Made by a program: the position numbers and the translations under genes | Notes under the pieces: generated by a model | The model's database searches: none | Told to the model about the DNA's origin: nothing | Seen by the model: the letters and a program-made list of their open reading frames with translations, nothing else | In this document: positions 21,705 to 32,794 of the stretch, one piece after another | Layout: each line of letters begins with the position of its first letter | How positions within the stretch are numbered: the stretch's first letter is position 1 | NCBI GenBank assembly: GCA_963804165.1 | Contig: CAWDPO010000010.1 | Span: 96,001-160,000 of the forward strand | Length of the DNA: 64,000 nucleotides | Direction of reading: 5' to 3' | Source: an uncultured delta proteobacterium | Lineage (GTDB): Bacteria > Desulfobacterota > Binatia > UBA9968

Positions 21705-24700
21705 ATTAAGTCCTCCTCACGGTCGTCGGTCGTCCCCCTCCCAAAACCCTGCAGAGCTACCCAGCGGACTGTCTCAAGATATGCTGCCTGATCGGCTACC
21801 GTAGGCGTTTCAAACAACTTATTCAGAGGAAGTTCCAAATCCAATGCCTTGCGCAAACGAGTCATGACTTGACTGGCCAGCAGCGAGTGTCCTCCCATCT
21901 TAAAGAAGTCGTCATCGACACTTACCTTTTCTAAGCCCAGCACGTCTTGCCAGACCTCTGCAATGAGAGATTCCAACGGAGTTCGAGGAGCAAGAAAGAC
22001 TGTTTCCAGCGCTGGCCGCTCGCAGTCGAAAGCGGGCGTTGCGTGTTGGTCCACCTCGGTTATCTGACAAGGCTCGGCATTGTATTGCAATTGCCGGGGC
22101 TCAATCCAGTAACGCTGGCGCTCGAATGGATAACTTGGCAGCGGCACGCGATGACGTCGTTCCCGAGCAGAAAATCCAGACCAATGCACTTCTATTCCGG
22201 CGAGCCAAAGCTGGCCCAAGCCGTTCAGCATAACCGCCGTTGCTGAATCCGGCTCATGCTCACGAGGCAACGATGAGATCACAACTCGCCCGGAGGCGTT
22301 GTTTTGCTGCTTCCTCGCCGCCAAGCTTAAGGTCCGCCCGGGCCCAACTTGCAGCAGGATGCGATCGGGCTCTTTCGACAATTCGTTCAATCCCTCCGCA
22401 AAGCGCACCATTTGACGCAGATGCCTAGCCCAGTAGTCAGGAGAAGTTGCATCGGCCGCTGTAATCCATGTGCCCGTGACATTGGATACATAGGGAATCT
22501 TTGGTGGCGCCAGGTCGACTTTCCTTACTTCGTCGATAAAGGGCGCTAGCATAGGCTCCATCATGTGCGAATGAAAGGCGTGAGAAGTCTCTAGACGGCG
22601 ACACGGGACGTCTTTATCGGCGAGCTCATTTGCCAAGCTCTCCACAGCATTTGTCGGTCCCGAGACAACACAGAGGGATGGGGCATTAATCGCCGCCAAA
22701 GAGAGTCCAGGACCCAGGAGCGAGTCGATCTCCTGTTGAGGCAGAGGAACAGCGAGCATCGCGCCACCAGGCACCTGCTCTATGAGTCGGCCGCGAGCGC
22801 CTAACAGCGTCAAAGTGTCTTCCAGGGAAAGAACTTCTGCTAGACAGGCAGCCACGTACTCACCGACGCTGTGGCCAATCATCGCCTCAGGGCGGATGCC
22901 CCACTCCATCCATAGCTTGGCCAGTGCGTATTCAATCACGAACAGAGCGGGCTGAGCGATCGCGGTCTTGTTTATTTGACGCGTAGCCGATTCGCGAGCC
23001 GATTCGTTCGGGTAGAGCACATCGCGCAAATCCAGTTTCAAGTTGGCTTTGAGCAGCTCGGAGCAATGATCGACGTGTTGGCGGAACGTCGCTTCATTCT
23101 CGTAGAGATCGCGCCCCATATTCACATGCTGAGTCCCCTGCCCCGGAAACATGAATACAATTGACCTTCCCCTGGAATCTTGGAAGTTTGTGACAACGCG
23201 CTTGGGATCGAGTGTTTCCAGCGCGGCCAGTGCATCGTCAAGATCCGAACAAACCAGCATGCGCCGATGACTGAAGCCCTTGCGCCCAACCTGCAAGGTA
23301 TGAGCGACATCGGCAAGGTCGAGACCGGGCGTTTTTTTCAGGTGTACGACGATATTTTTGGTTGTCTGCTCGAGCGCAGAGCGAGTTTTTGCAGAGAGCA
23401 CCAACAACTTCCAACGGCGCGATGCTCCGGCGAGCTCCCGACGAGGAGCTTCTTCGAGGATGGCATGGGCATTCGTACCGCCCATGCCAAAGGAGCTAAT
23501 ACCGGCTCGGCGCGGAGTTATGTCTACCTTCCATTCGGAAAGAGCCGTCTGCACATGGAACGGGCTGTTCGCAAAGTCGATCCGCGGATTTGGCTGTTCG
23601 AAGTGCAGGCTAGGCGGCAATTCTTTGTGCTCAAGCGCCAAGACCGTCTTGATCAGCCCGGTCACTCCGGCAGCTGCTCCCAGATGACCGATATTCGTCT
23701 TTGCGGACCCGATGGCGCAGAAGCCTTGCTTATCAGTTCTCGCTCGAAAGGCTTGTGTCAGTGCAGCAATCTCAATGGGATCGCCTAGCGGAGTGCCCGT
23801 GCCATGAGCTTCGATGTAGCTGATCGTTTCCGGACTGATTTCAGCCACCGCAAGCGCTTGCGCAATCATGCGCGCCTGACGGTCCACGCTGGGTGCCGTG
23901 TAACCGATCTTAAACGCACCGTCGTTGTTGATCGCAGTTCCTTTGACCACCGCGCGAATACAGTCTCCATCCGTCAGCGCGTCTTCCAGACGCTTGAGAA
24001 CGACAATGCCGACGCCGCTACCCCAAACTGTGCCTTGTGCCCGTGCGTCAAAGGCTCTGCAATGCCCGTCGGGAGAAAGAATGTGCCCTTCCTGGTACAA
24101 GTATCCGGCCGTTTGCGGCACGCGGAGTGTAACGCCGCCAGCCAACGCCATATCGCACTCGCCACCGAGCAAGCTTCGGCAGGCAAGATGAACGGCAACC
24201 AAAGATGTAGAGCAGCTGGTTTGTACGGCAACACTCGGCCCCGTTAGATCGAGTTTGTAAGAAACCCGGGTGGCGAGATAGTCTTTGTCATTGCCGATAA
24301 TCATTTGCAGACCGGCTTCCGATCTGAGCAGATCACCGTGTGCCTGCAAGTTATACAACAGGTAAGTGTTCATGCTGGCACCGGCGTACACCGCGATCGA
24401 ACCGCCGAACTGCTGGGCATCGTAACCAGCGTTCTCCACGGCCTCCCAGGCGCATTCCAAGAACAGCCGGTGTTGCGGATCTGTGATTTCGGCTTCCCTA
24501 GGCGTAAAGCCGAAGAATGAAGCATCAAACAAGTCGGCGTCTGCCAACACACTCCAAGCCCTGACATAGTTGGGGTCGTTGAGTGCGGCAGGATTTGACG
24601 TTAGCCGCAGCAAGTTCCGCCTCCGAGAAACGAGTGATCGATTCAATCCCGTCTCGTAGATTGTGCCAAAACTCTTCGATGTTCTTGGCACCCGGAAAAC

Positions 24701-24776
24701 GGCCAGCCATACCGATAATCGCGATTTCGAAACCGTTCGAGCCGTTGAGATGTCGCCGCGCTGTTGATCTCGCTCA
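21701..24776 (-). CDS. Type I PKS module KS-AT-ACP (5' end frameshifted)
   Basis: IAIIGMAGRFPGA; KS triad QTSCSTS, EAHGTGT, NIGHLG; NDKD hybrid-KS motif; AT GHSVG plus HAFH (malonyl type); ACP GGHSL; indels near 24750 and 24595. Confidence 0.9.
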
Positions 24777-26749
24777 TTGCTGGATTTCCTTGTTTGACTG
24801 CCTTCGTTGCGATAGCTGTTTGAGGCGGTTTTTGCCCGCCCTTAAGTTCTCATGCCTGTCATTATTGGCTGACCCATTCTGTTCTCGTGCGACGTATTTC
24901 ACTAACGCCTTTATGGTTGTGTGTTTAAACAAGTCGACGATTGGGATGTCCTTGCCAAATATTTCTTGGAGCTTGCTGTGGACCTGAGCCAGGAGAAAAG
25001 ACTGCCCACCGAGATCAAAGAAATTGTCATCCACACCCACCATCTCCAGACCGAGCACCTCCCGCCAAACCGTTGCGATAAGTTCTTCAACCTCGCTCTT
25101 TGGCGCCACATACGCCACGTCCAACACTGGGCGAAGACGCTCTGGGATGGGCAGTGCCTGGTAGTCCAACTTGCCGTTCGGTGTCAACGGTAGACACTCC
25201 AATTTCACATAGGCCGAAGGGATCATGTAGTCGGGCAGCGTGATCTGCAAGAAACGGCGCAACTCGGTAGCAGTAGGCACGCGCATCTGCGCCGGAACAA
25301 TGTAGGCCACCAGGACCGTGTCTCCGGATTGGTCCTCCCGGGCCGTCACAAGGGCCTCCTTGATCGCGACATGGTCGAGCAGTGCGGACTCGACCTCAGT
25401 GACCTCGATCCGGTGGCCGCGGACTTTCGCTTGAAAGTCTTTGCGTCCCATGTGCTCGAGACAGCTGTCGGACCGCATGCGGCCGAGATCTCCAGTGCGA
25501 TAGATCCGTGCGCTTCCGCCGGCCGGGTCAGGCAGGAATGCTCCTTGTGTGAGGTCGGGCTGTCGCCAATAGCCTGGGACGAGATAAGGACTCTTGACGA
25601 CGATTTCCCCGACATCTCCCGGTCCGACTTCATTACCAGCCTCATCGAGTAGCGAGACGTGCGTCGCCGCAACGGCGTAGCCGACTGGGACATTGTTACC
25701 GGCAATGTGGCTCGAGTGGTCAATGAAGCACCACCGGATGGTGTAGCCTTCGGTGAAGCCCATTCTATTAAGGAAAACGCACTAGAACCAAAATGCTGTT
25801 TGTAGAGATCCACTTCGCGGCGACTGGTAGCGGCACCCGACAGATGAATCAGACGCAACGTGGGAACAGCCGTGTTTCCGGTCAGAGTGTGGGCGAATTG
25901 CCGGAAGATCATAGGGATCGAATGATAAATGGTGATGCCTTCGTGGTTAAGCCATGCCGCCAGGTTTGCGATCCCCTCCTGAAGATCGAGTGGAAAGAGC
26001 GTCGCGCCGTTGAGCAGGGCACCAAATAAGTGCATCTCTGCCGCGCGGAAACTCAACGAGTGCAATAGTGTGAGCCGGTCATCGACGGAAATGTGAATGG
26101 CGTTGGTATAGGCCATGATGTGATACAGCATGTTTCGGTGGTTTTCGACCACACCCTTTGGTTCCCCGGTCGAGCCCGAAGTATAAAAAATTCCGTAAAG
26201 CGTCTCCGGAGGCAGAGAAACGCCGAGATTCTCCTCAGAGAGGTTGGGATCAAGCGTATCGAGGTCGAACAATTGACGCGAATTCTGGGCAACCACCTTG
26301 GCTAAGGCGCGCTGCCTGTCGTTGGTCACGACGAAGGCTGCCTGGGAATCCTCCAACATCCAGGCGATCCTAGCAGGGGGATAAGAGGGGTCCAGCGGCA
26401 CATAGATTTCCCCGGCTTTCAATACGCCAAGGATAGCGGCAATGACAGGTGCATCTTGTTCGAACAGCAGCGCGATCGGTTGCGCGCCTTTTCCGCACCG
26501 GTTGAGGATGGCGCGCGCCACACGATTCGCCAGCTTGTTCAGCGCATCGTAGGTAAACGTGACGGACTTGCCCCTGACCGCAATTCGATCAGGATACTTG
26601 GCAACTATCTGTTCGAAACGACCCGGGATCGACTGCTCGATTTCTTCTCTTTTGAATTCAGTGAAAGATCCGGCGGGATGGAAGCACTTTGCCCGAATGG
26701 CCCGCTGATCGGGTGGAAGCTCTGGGATAGGCTCGTTTATATCGCTCAT
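24774..26749 (-). CDS. Stand-alone starter adenylation-thiolation (A-T) protein, one frameshift
   Basis: YTSGSTGEPKG, YRTGDLG, KVRGHRIE, PLTPNGK, carrier FFDLGGQS; frames join near 25785 (..CVFLNRMGFTE). Confidence 0.88.
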
Positions 26750-27191
26750 GACCACCTCTCGAATGTGATGACAGCTTGTTGCAGAACATCCTCACAATCC
26801 CGTACGCGCATCCTGCCCATTATTCTGTCCAGGCTAAAAAGGCTTTTCACCGGTCCGGACCCGCTTAATATTATTTTTTTTCGCGCTGTTAAAGGACCCG
26901 CCAAAGCGATCTTAATCAACGACTCTATCCGGCGGGATCTAAACACGAAGTGCAACAAATCAGGCAAGCGGCCAGATTCAGAGTCCAATTAATACAGGCT
27001 CAACGTGGCTGGAATAAGGGCTTCCTAACCCTGATAGGACCAAACTCTAGGCACGGGAGAATCTTCCGTTTCCTTCCCAGGTACGCGAAGCGTTTGATCA
27101 CCAGCTCGGCAGTCAAGTATGCGCAGCGTGGCAAAAGAACCGAAGTTTGAGAGGCTGGCATCTTTTGCCGTTTCAATCGCACTCGTTATAT

Positions 27192-28247
27192 CTAGAACAG
27201 ACTAAGCTGATCTTTCGCCACTCGCCGAAAGTGTTCCGTTGTCAGCTTCGGCCAACGCTTGGTGATTCCTGATTTCTTCTGCGCCAGCTGAAACAATTTT
27301 GCCATCTCCTCGGCGTAAATGCCCTCGCCGCGCATGCGCGTCTTGAAATTCGGATCGTTGAGCTTGCCGCCGCGGATCTCACGCACGCGATTAAGAATCT
27401 TTTGCTTCTTTTCCGGATAGTGTTGGCCAAGCCACTGCTCGAACAGTTCCTTTACGGCAAACGGCAAACGCAGAGCGACGTATCCGCAAAACGTTGCGCC
27501 GGCTTTCGCGGCCGCCAGAGCAATCGCGGGAGCTTCGGAATCCGTGAGACCCGGAATCATCGGTGCCTGCAGATAGCCGACCGGAACTCTGGCGTCCGCG
27601 AGTATCTGAATCGCGGCAAGCCGCCGCGCTGGCCGCGATGCGCGCGGCTCGAGCAACGAAGACAACTTATGGTCGAGCGTCGTCAACGAAAGCGCCACGC
27701 CGACGCAGTCGTAACGCGCCAATTCGGATAGGATATCTATGTCCCGCGTCACCAAATGGTTCTTGGTGATGATCACCACCGGATTGCGAAATTCGAGCAA
27801 AACTTCCAAGCAACGCCGCGTCAGCCGCTTTTGCTTTTCCACCGGCTGATAGCAATCGGTGTTGCCGCTGAGCGCGACGAGCTGCGGCTTCCAAGCGCGG
27901 CTTGCCAACTGTTTGCGCAACAGTTCCGGGGCGTCTTCCTTGACCATAATTTTGGTCTCGAAATCGAGGCCGGCGGAAAAACCGAGATACTCGTGCGTCG
28001 GTCGCGCATAGCAGTAGACACAACCATGCTCGCAACCTCGATAGGGATTGACACTGGCGTCGAAGCCGACATCGGGGCTGTCGTTATAGGCGATGATCGA
28101 TTTCGAACTATCGGCAAAGAATTGGGTCTGCGGCGAAGAGATCTCGTCGCCGTCCTGCGGCGGCAGGGCCACCCGCTCGACGGATTCGAAGCGGTTCTTT
28201 GGGTTAATTGACGAGCCGCGCCCACGCACAGGAGGCAGCGAGGTCAT
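27192..28247 (-). CDS. PA0069/Rv2578c family radical SAM protein
   Basis: NPYRGCEHGCVYCYARPTHEYLGFSAGLDFETKI, SGNTDCYQP. Confidence 0.92.
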   Translation of the reverse strand: MTSLPPVRGRGSSINPKNRFESVERVALPPQDGDEISSPQTQFFADSSKSIIAYNDSPDVGFDASVNPYRGCEHGCVYCYARPTHEYLGFSAGLDFETKIMVKEDAPELLRKQLASRAWKPQLVALSGNTDCYQPVEKQKRLTRRCLEVLLEFRNPVVIITKNHLVTRDIDILSELARYDCVGVALSLTTLDHKLSSLLEPRASRPARRLAAIQILADARVPVGYLQAPMIPGLTDSEAPAIALAAAKAGATFCGYVALRLPFAVKELFEQWLGQHYPEKKQKILNRVREIRGGKLNDPNFKTRMRGEGIYAEEMAKLFQLAQKKSGITKRWPKLTTEHFRRVAKDQLSLF

Positions 28248-28256
28248 ACGATAACC

Positions 28257-28649
28257 CTATGAAGCGGCGGGCGGAGTCTGCGCGGGAGCAGCAGGAGCGG
28301 CGGGTTTTGCCGCAGCTGCCGCAGCTGCCAACTTCGCGTCGTGCGCCAGATGGCGCGTCGCGCGCTTCATGAATTTGACCTTGCGTCGGAGCTTCTTGAT
28401 TTTCTTGCGATCACCGCTCGACGTTAGAAGTTCGACTTTCTGCTTCTGCAGCGCTCGTATGTCTTGTTTGACCGCGTGAATCGCGTTTATGTCCTTATGC
28501 GTCTCATCGTAAGTAATCCCCTGAGCCGCTGCGATCGCCTTTATCAGCTCCTCTTTTTCCAGAGCGATGACGTTTTTGAGATCGGTTTCCTGTTTGGCGA
28601 CATCGCGCAGCTTCGGCATCGGCAATTTTCTCAGTTCTTTCAATTCCAT
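28257..28649 (-). CDS. Small basic protein with Rho N-terminal-like domain
   Basis: ELRKLPMPKLRDVAKQ..LEKEELIKAI, Lys-rich coiled coil, Ala/Pro tail. Confidence 0.65.
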   Translation of the reverse strand: MELKELRKLPMPKLRDVAKQETDLKNVIALEKEELIKAIAAAQGITYDETHKDINAIHAVKQDIRALQKQKVELLTSSGDRKKIKKLRRKVKFMKRATRHLAHDAKLAAAAAAAKPAAPAAPAQTPPAAS

Positions 28650-28710
28650 CGTTTACACCCCCCCTTTGACAACTGAACTCCTGGTAGCATATTTACCCTG
28701 TAAAACCAAA

Positions 28711-29379
28711 ATGGCAACGACGCGCAAGCCTATCGCCAAAGCCGCGGCACCTTCGGCTCGGATAAAGAAAATTCTCACGCGGCTGGAAAAAGTTCATCCC
28801 GACGCCAAGCTCGATCTCGATTTCACCAACCCACTCGAACTACTGATCGCGCTCATTCTCGCCGCCCAGGCGCGCGACGATCTGGTCAATAAAGTTACTG
28901 TCGATTTGTTCAAGACGCATCGAACCGCCGCTGACTACGCGGCCATGTCGCCGGCGACACTCCAAAGCCAGATCGGCAAGATCAATTTCTATCGTAACAA
29001 AGCCAAATCGATTCACAATTGCTGCCGCGCTCTGGTCGAGCGTTTCGCTGGCAAGGTGCCGGACAATCTAGAAGATCTCGTGTCCTTGCCCGGTGTCGGA
29101 CGCAAGACGGCGAACATCGTCCTCGGTAACGCCTACGGCCGGCAAACGATCGGCGTCGACACCCATGTGATGCGTCTCTCGCAACGCCTTGGCTTCACAA
29201 AGAAAAACGACCCGGACAAAATCGAAGCCGACCTGATGACAATCGTTCCTAATAAGCAGCGCGTCCGTTTCTGCCATTTGATGCAGTATCATGGTCGTCG
29301 AGTGTGCGTCGCCAAGAAACCCAAATGTCCGCAGTGCACGATCAAAGGCCTCTGTCCGTTTCCGCAGAAGACAAAATAA
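28711..29379 (+). CDS. nth: Endonuclease III
   Basis: ELLIALILAAQ, HhH LPGVGRKTAN, VDTHV, FeS motif C-x6-C-x2-C-x5-C. Confidence 0.95.
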   Translation: MATTRKPIAKAAAPSARIKKILTRLEKVHPDAKLDLDFTNPLELLIALILAAQARDDLVNKVTVDLFKTHRTAADYAAMSPATLQSQIGKINFYRNKAKSIHNCCRALVERFAGKVPDNLEDLVSLPGVGRKTANIVLGNAYGRQTIGVDTHVMRLSQRLGFTKKNDPDKIEADLMTIVPNKQRVRFCHLMQYHGRRVCVAKKPKCPQCTIKGLCPFPQKTK

Positions 29380-29394
29380 CTTCATGCATAACCG

Positions 29395-30339
29395 GTGAAG
29401 ATTCTAATCGTCGGCGCGGCCGGCAACCTCGGCTCCCATTTAGCGAAGTTTCTAATATCGACGCCGCACCGTTTGCGCTTGCTCACGACCGAGCGCGCGC
29501 TGCTATTCGACTTTCCCGAAGGTTCTAACCTAGAGATCGTTCACGGCGATCTCGCCGACCGAGCGTCGCTGCCAGACATTTGCGCGGGTATTAACTGCAT
29601 CGTTTACGTCGCGGGCGTTCTCTTCCGCCCACACCCGGAAAGGTTTCTCCGTCTGACGAATACAGTTTACGCTGAGAATATCGTCGATGCCGCTCTCGCG
29701 GCGCGGATGCAAAAATTTATCCTTGTGAGTTTTCCCCACGTCGAGGAACATACGACGCCGGACGCGCCGGCTAGGGGCCTACTTAACGTTCATCCCAAGT
29801 CGATCCATGCGCGCACTCGGCTCGAAGCTGAAAAGTATCTCTTTCGTGCGTGCCAAAGTCGCGGCATGACACCGATCGTGCTGCGCGCCGGAGTTATTTA
29901 CGGACGAAACGTGAAGGTCCTGGAAGCGGCACACTGGCTGATGAAGAAGCGTCTGATGGCGATCTGGCGCAAGCCGACATGGATTCACTTGCTCGCCCTG
30001 GCGGATTTCCTCAAGATCGTCGAAATCAGTATTGAGAAAGATCTATCCGGTATTTACACCATCTGCGACGATCAGCCTCTCTTGCTTCAAGAGTCTTTGG
30101 ATCGACTCGCCGTCCATTGGGGCTGCCCAAAGCCTTGGCACCTACCGGCTTTCTTGTTTTATGCAGCGGCGTTCGTCTGTGAAACTTTTGCGACGATATT
30201 CCGGACGCCTGCGCCGCTTACCCGTGATATGATTCGGATGGGTATGACTTCCGTGGTCGCCGACACGAGCCGCATGAAGCGAGAACTTGTACCGACACTT
30301 GTCTGCCCGACTCTCGTCGAGGGGTTAACAACGCTTTGA
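29395..30339 (+). CDS. NAD-dependent epimerase/dehydratase family protein
   Basis: GTG start; KILIVGAAGNLG Rossmann motif, VHGDL, LRAGVIYG; catalytic YxxxK appears replaced (HARTR). Confidence 0.8.
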   Translation: MKILIVGAAGNLGSHLAKFLISTPHRLRLLTTERALLFDFPEGSNLEIVHGDLADRASLPDICAGINCIVYVAGVLFRPHPERFLRLTNTVYAENIVDAALAARMQKFILVSFPHVEEHTTPDAPARGLLNVHPKSIHARTRLEAEKYLFRACQSRGMTPIVLRAGVIYGRNVKVLEAAHWLMKKRLMAIWRKPTWIHLLALADFLKIVEISIEKDLSGIYTICDDQPLLLQESLDRLAVHWGCPKPWHLPAFLFYAAAFVCETFATIFRTPAPLTRDMIRMGMTSVVADTSRMKRELVPTLVCPTLVEGLTTL

Positions 30340-30462
30340 GCTCGCCGGGACCTGATCGGTTTGCGGGTCCATACCGAGATGGCAAGGAAAACTATAAGTT
30401 GTTTCTCGGCTGGGGCCGCAGTAGACTATTTGTTAATAATTTTAAGCCGACAACACTGATTC

Positions 30463-31218
30463 ATGACCAACCGCTTTGAGCCACCCGAACCGTCTCGCCT
30501 GCTGTGGGAAGCACGCGGATTAATTGAGCTACCGCGGCTGTTGCTCCGTTTCCCCGGTCTTGCGAGGCAGCCGCGCGGCCACGGCCGACCGGTGCTAATC
30601 CTGCCGGGTTACGGCGCCGGTGATGGCTCTACGGCGATATTGAAAAGCTATCTCCGCTTGCTCGGCTATCGAGCGCGTGGCTGGGGTCTGGGGCGCAATC
30701 GCGGTGCCGCATCCGAGTTGCTTCCACGCATATTGAAACGGGCGTTGTCCCTCGCCCGACGCACCAATCACAAAGTCAATCTCATCGGCTGGAGCTTCGG
30801 CGGCTATCTCGCGCGCGAGCTGGCGCGCGAGCGCGCGGACCTTATCGGCCAGGTCATTACCCTCGGCACCCCTGTCATCGGCGGTCCCAAATATACCGTG
30901 ATTGCCAAGTCGCTTCTCCTCCGCGGCATTGACATCGAGGCGATTGCCGCTGAGGTCGAAAAACGCAATAAGATCTCGCTCAACACCCCGGTAATCGCGA
31001 TTTATTCGCGCCGAGACGCGGTGGTCGCCTGGGAAGCCTGCATCGACCAGCATGCCGCCAATGTCGAGCATGTCGAGGTCCATACTACCCATCTCGGTTT
31101 TGGCTTTTCCCCCGAGGTCTATAAAATCATCGCACAACGTCTGGCTGCCGCCCACGAGGCCGTGGAGCAGCTGGCCCAACCCGAAAACGCGGTGATCGCA
31201 GTTGTTCCCCATGAGTGA
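30463..31218 (+). CDS. Alpha/beta hydrolase (esterase/lipase-like)
   Basis: LILPGYG oxyanion region, GWSFGG nucleophile elbow, YSRRDAVV, HLGFG. Confidence 0.85.
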   Translation: MTNRFEPPEPSRLLWEARGLIELPRLLLRFPGLARQPRGHGRPVLILPGYGAGDGSTAILKSYLRLLGYRARGWGLGRNRGAASELLPRILKRALSLARRTNHKVNLIGWSFGGYLARELARERADLIGQVITLGTPVIGGPKYTVIAKSLLLRGIDIEAIAAEVEKRNKISLNTPVIAIYSRRDAVVAWEACIDQHAANVEHVEVHTTHLGFGFSPEVYKIIAQRLAAAHEAVEQLAQPENAVIAVVPHE

Positions 31219-31265
31219 CAATCGAGACGCTCAATCCATTTTTCGCAACCTCTTCGTGCCCGCCG

Positions 31266-31754
31266 ATGGAATCTCCTCTAGTCTTCTGGCTCGTTGCATC
31301 GGTTCTGGTCTTGGCCGGCCTAGTTGGTCTTGTTTTACCGGCGATTCCCGGTGCACCGCTCATCTTCGCCGGCCTGCTGCTCGCGGCGTGGGCCGAGGGC
31401 TTTAAATACGTCGGAATTTGGACAATCGTCGCTCTTGCTGCGATTGCCTTGATTACCTTGGGCGTCGATCTTTGGGCCACGATGTTCGGCGCCAAAAAGT
31501 TTGGCGCTTCCAAGCGCGCGATCGTGGGTGCGCTCATCGGTGCGGTGATCGGCATCTTTCTGGGCTTGCCCGGCGTCGTCCTCGGCCCGTTTATCGGCGC
31601 CGTGGTCGGCGAGCTCTCAGCGCAACGCGATTTACGGCAAGCGACACGGTCCGGTATCGGTGCAACGATCGGCCTCGTGCTCGGCGCCGCGATCAAATTG
31701 GCGCTGGCTTTTACGATGATCGGTATCTTTCTGGCGACGCGTTTTTTCTCATGA
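31266..31754 (+). CDS. DUF456 membrane protein
   Basis: GLVLPAIPG, GAKKFGASK, GPFIGAVVGE. Confidence 0.85.
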   Translation: MESPLVFWLVASVLVLAGLVGLVLPAIPGAPLIFAGLLLAAWAEGFKYVGIWTIVALAAIALITLGVDLWATMFGAKKFGASKRAIVGALIGAVIGIFLGLPGVVLGPFIGAVVGELSAQRDLRQATRSGIGATIGLVLGAAIKLALAFTMIGIFLATRFFS

Positions 31755-31854
31755 CCGGCGAGTGTTAGGTTAGGGCGAGCAAAAATGTACTCGCAAGGCA
31801 AGGCCGAAATCGGCCAAATTTATTTATGCACTCTGCTCAATCCGGAGGATCTAA

Positions 31855-32775
31855 ATGAGAACCATCACGGTTTTGCTTTTGACACTATTACTTTACGGCC
31901 ACTCGCAGGCATTGACCATCGCCACGGGTTCCGCCGAAGGGACTTATTTCAAGATCGCTCAGGACATCAAGCAGGTCGCTGAAAAAGAAGGTATCCCGAT
32001 CGAAGTCGTTCAAACCAACGGATCCTTCGAAAACGTCAATTTGCTGGGCGCCGGCAAAGTTGATCTCGCGATCATGCAACTCGATGTCCTGCGATTCGTC
32101 GCGGAGATCATGCTCAAAGAAACCGGCTTGAACGTTTTGCAGGAGACGAAGGTCGTTCTCAATCTCTATCCGGAGGAAATCCATATCATCACCAAAAAGC
32201 CCGACATTCGGACGATACAAGATCTGCAAGGCAAGCGAGTCGCCGTCGGACCGGAAAAAAGCGGATCCGCGCTCACGGCGGAGGTATTGTTCGCCGGTTT
32301 CAACTTGAACGTTGAACGCGTCTTTGATGCGCCTGACGCGGCGATCAAGCGGCTCGGCACCGGAGACCTCGATGCGCTGGTCTTTATCGGCGGTGCGCCC
32401 GTCCCAGCGTTTCGCAATCTCGACAAAACGTTTCACTTCGTCTCGTTTCCGCCGAACAGTGGTTTGGAACAAATCTATATCAAGAAGAAGATCGAAAAAT
32501 CAGTTTATGCTTGGGCGGATGACTTCGAGACCTACGCGGTCCCGTCGGTGATCATGACGCGAAATCGCGACGAACGGGATTACGCCGTGCAGCTACAAAA
32601 ACTCGTCCTGTCGATTTTAGTGAACAAAGAGAACCTCGATGTCACCGGCCATCCCAAGTGGAAGGATTCTTACGTGCGCTCCACCTTGGGCGGCGTCGGC
32701 TATAGCCCGACGACGGACGTCATTCAACTCTACAACGTTCTCGACAGTGTCGGCTATCGGATCATCAAGAAGTAA
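31855..32775 (+). CDS. TAXI family TRAP solute-binding protein
   Basis: Signal peptide, IATGSAEGTY, TNGSFENV, LYPEEIHI, DLQGKRVAVGPEKSGS; SD GGAGG. Confidence 0.88.
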   Translation: MRTITVLLLTLLLYGHSQALTIATGSAEGTYFKIAQDIKQVAEKEGIPIEVVQTNGSFENVNLLGAGKVDLAIMQLDVLRFVAEIMLKETGLNVLQETKVVLNLYPEEIHIITKKPDIRTIQDLQGKRVAVGPEKSGSALTAEVLFAGFNLNVERVFDAPDAAIKRLGTGDLDALVFIGGAPVPAFRNLDKTFHFVSFPPNSGLEQIYIKKKIEKSVYAWADDFETYAVPSVIMTRNRDERDYAVQLQKLVLSILVNKENLDVTGHPKWKDSYVRSTLGGVGYSPTTDVIQLYNVLDSVGYRIIKK

Positions 32776-32794
32776 CCCGTCTTGGGCGAACGCA

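Noticed and set aside
26746-27182. Short ORFs upstream of the cluster
   Set aside because: No motifs or SD; more likely a regulatory region, and I found no recognisable operator or riboswitch
14140-27190. Cluster as a defined mobile element
   Set aside because: No integrase, transposase, tRNA target or flanking direct repeats seen
30463-31218. Alpha/beta hydrolase as the missing thioesterase
   Set aside because: Lipase/esterase-like, separated from the cluster by unrelated housekeeping genes
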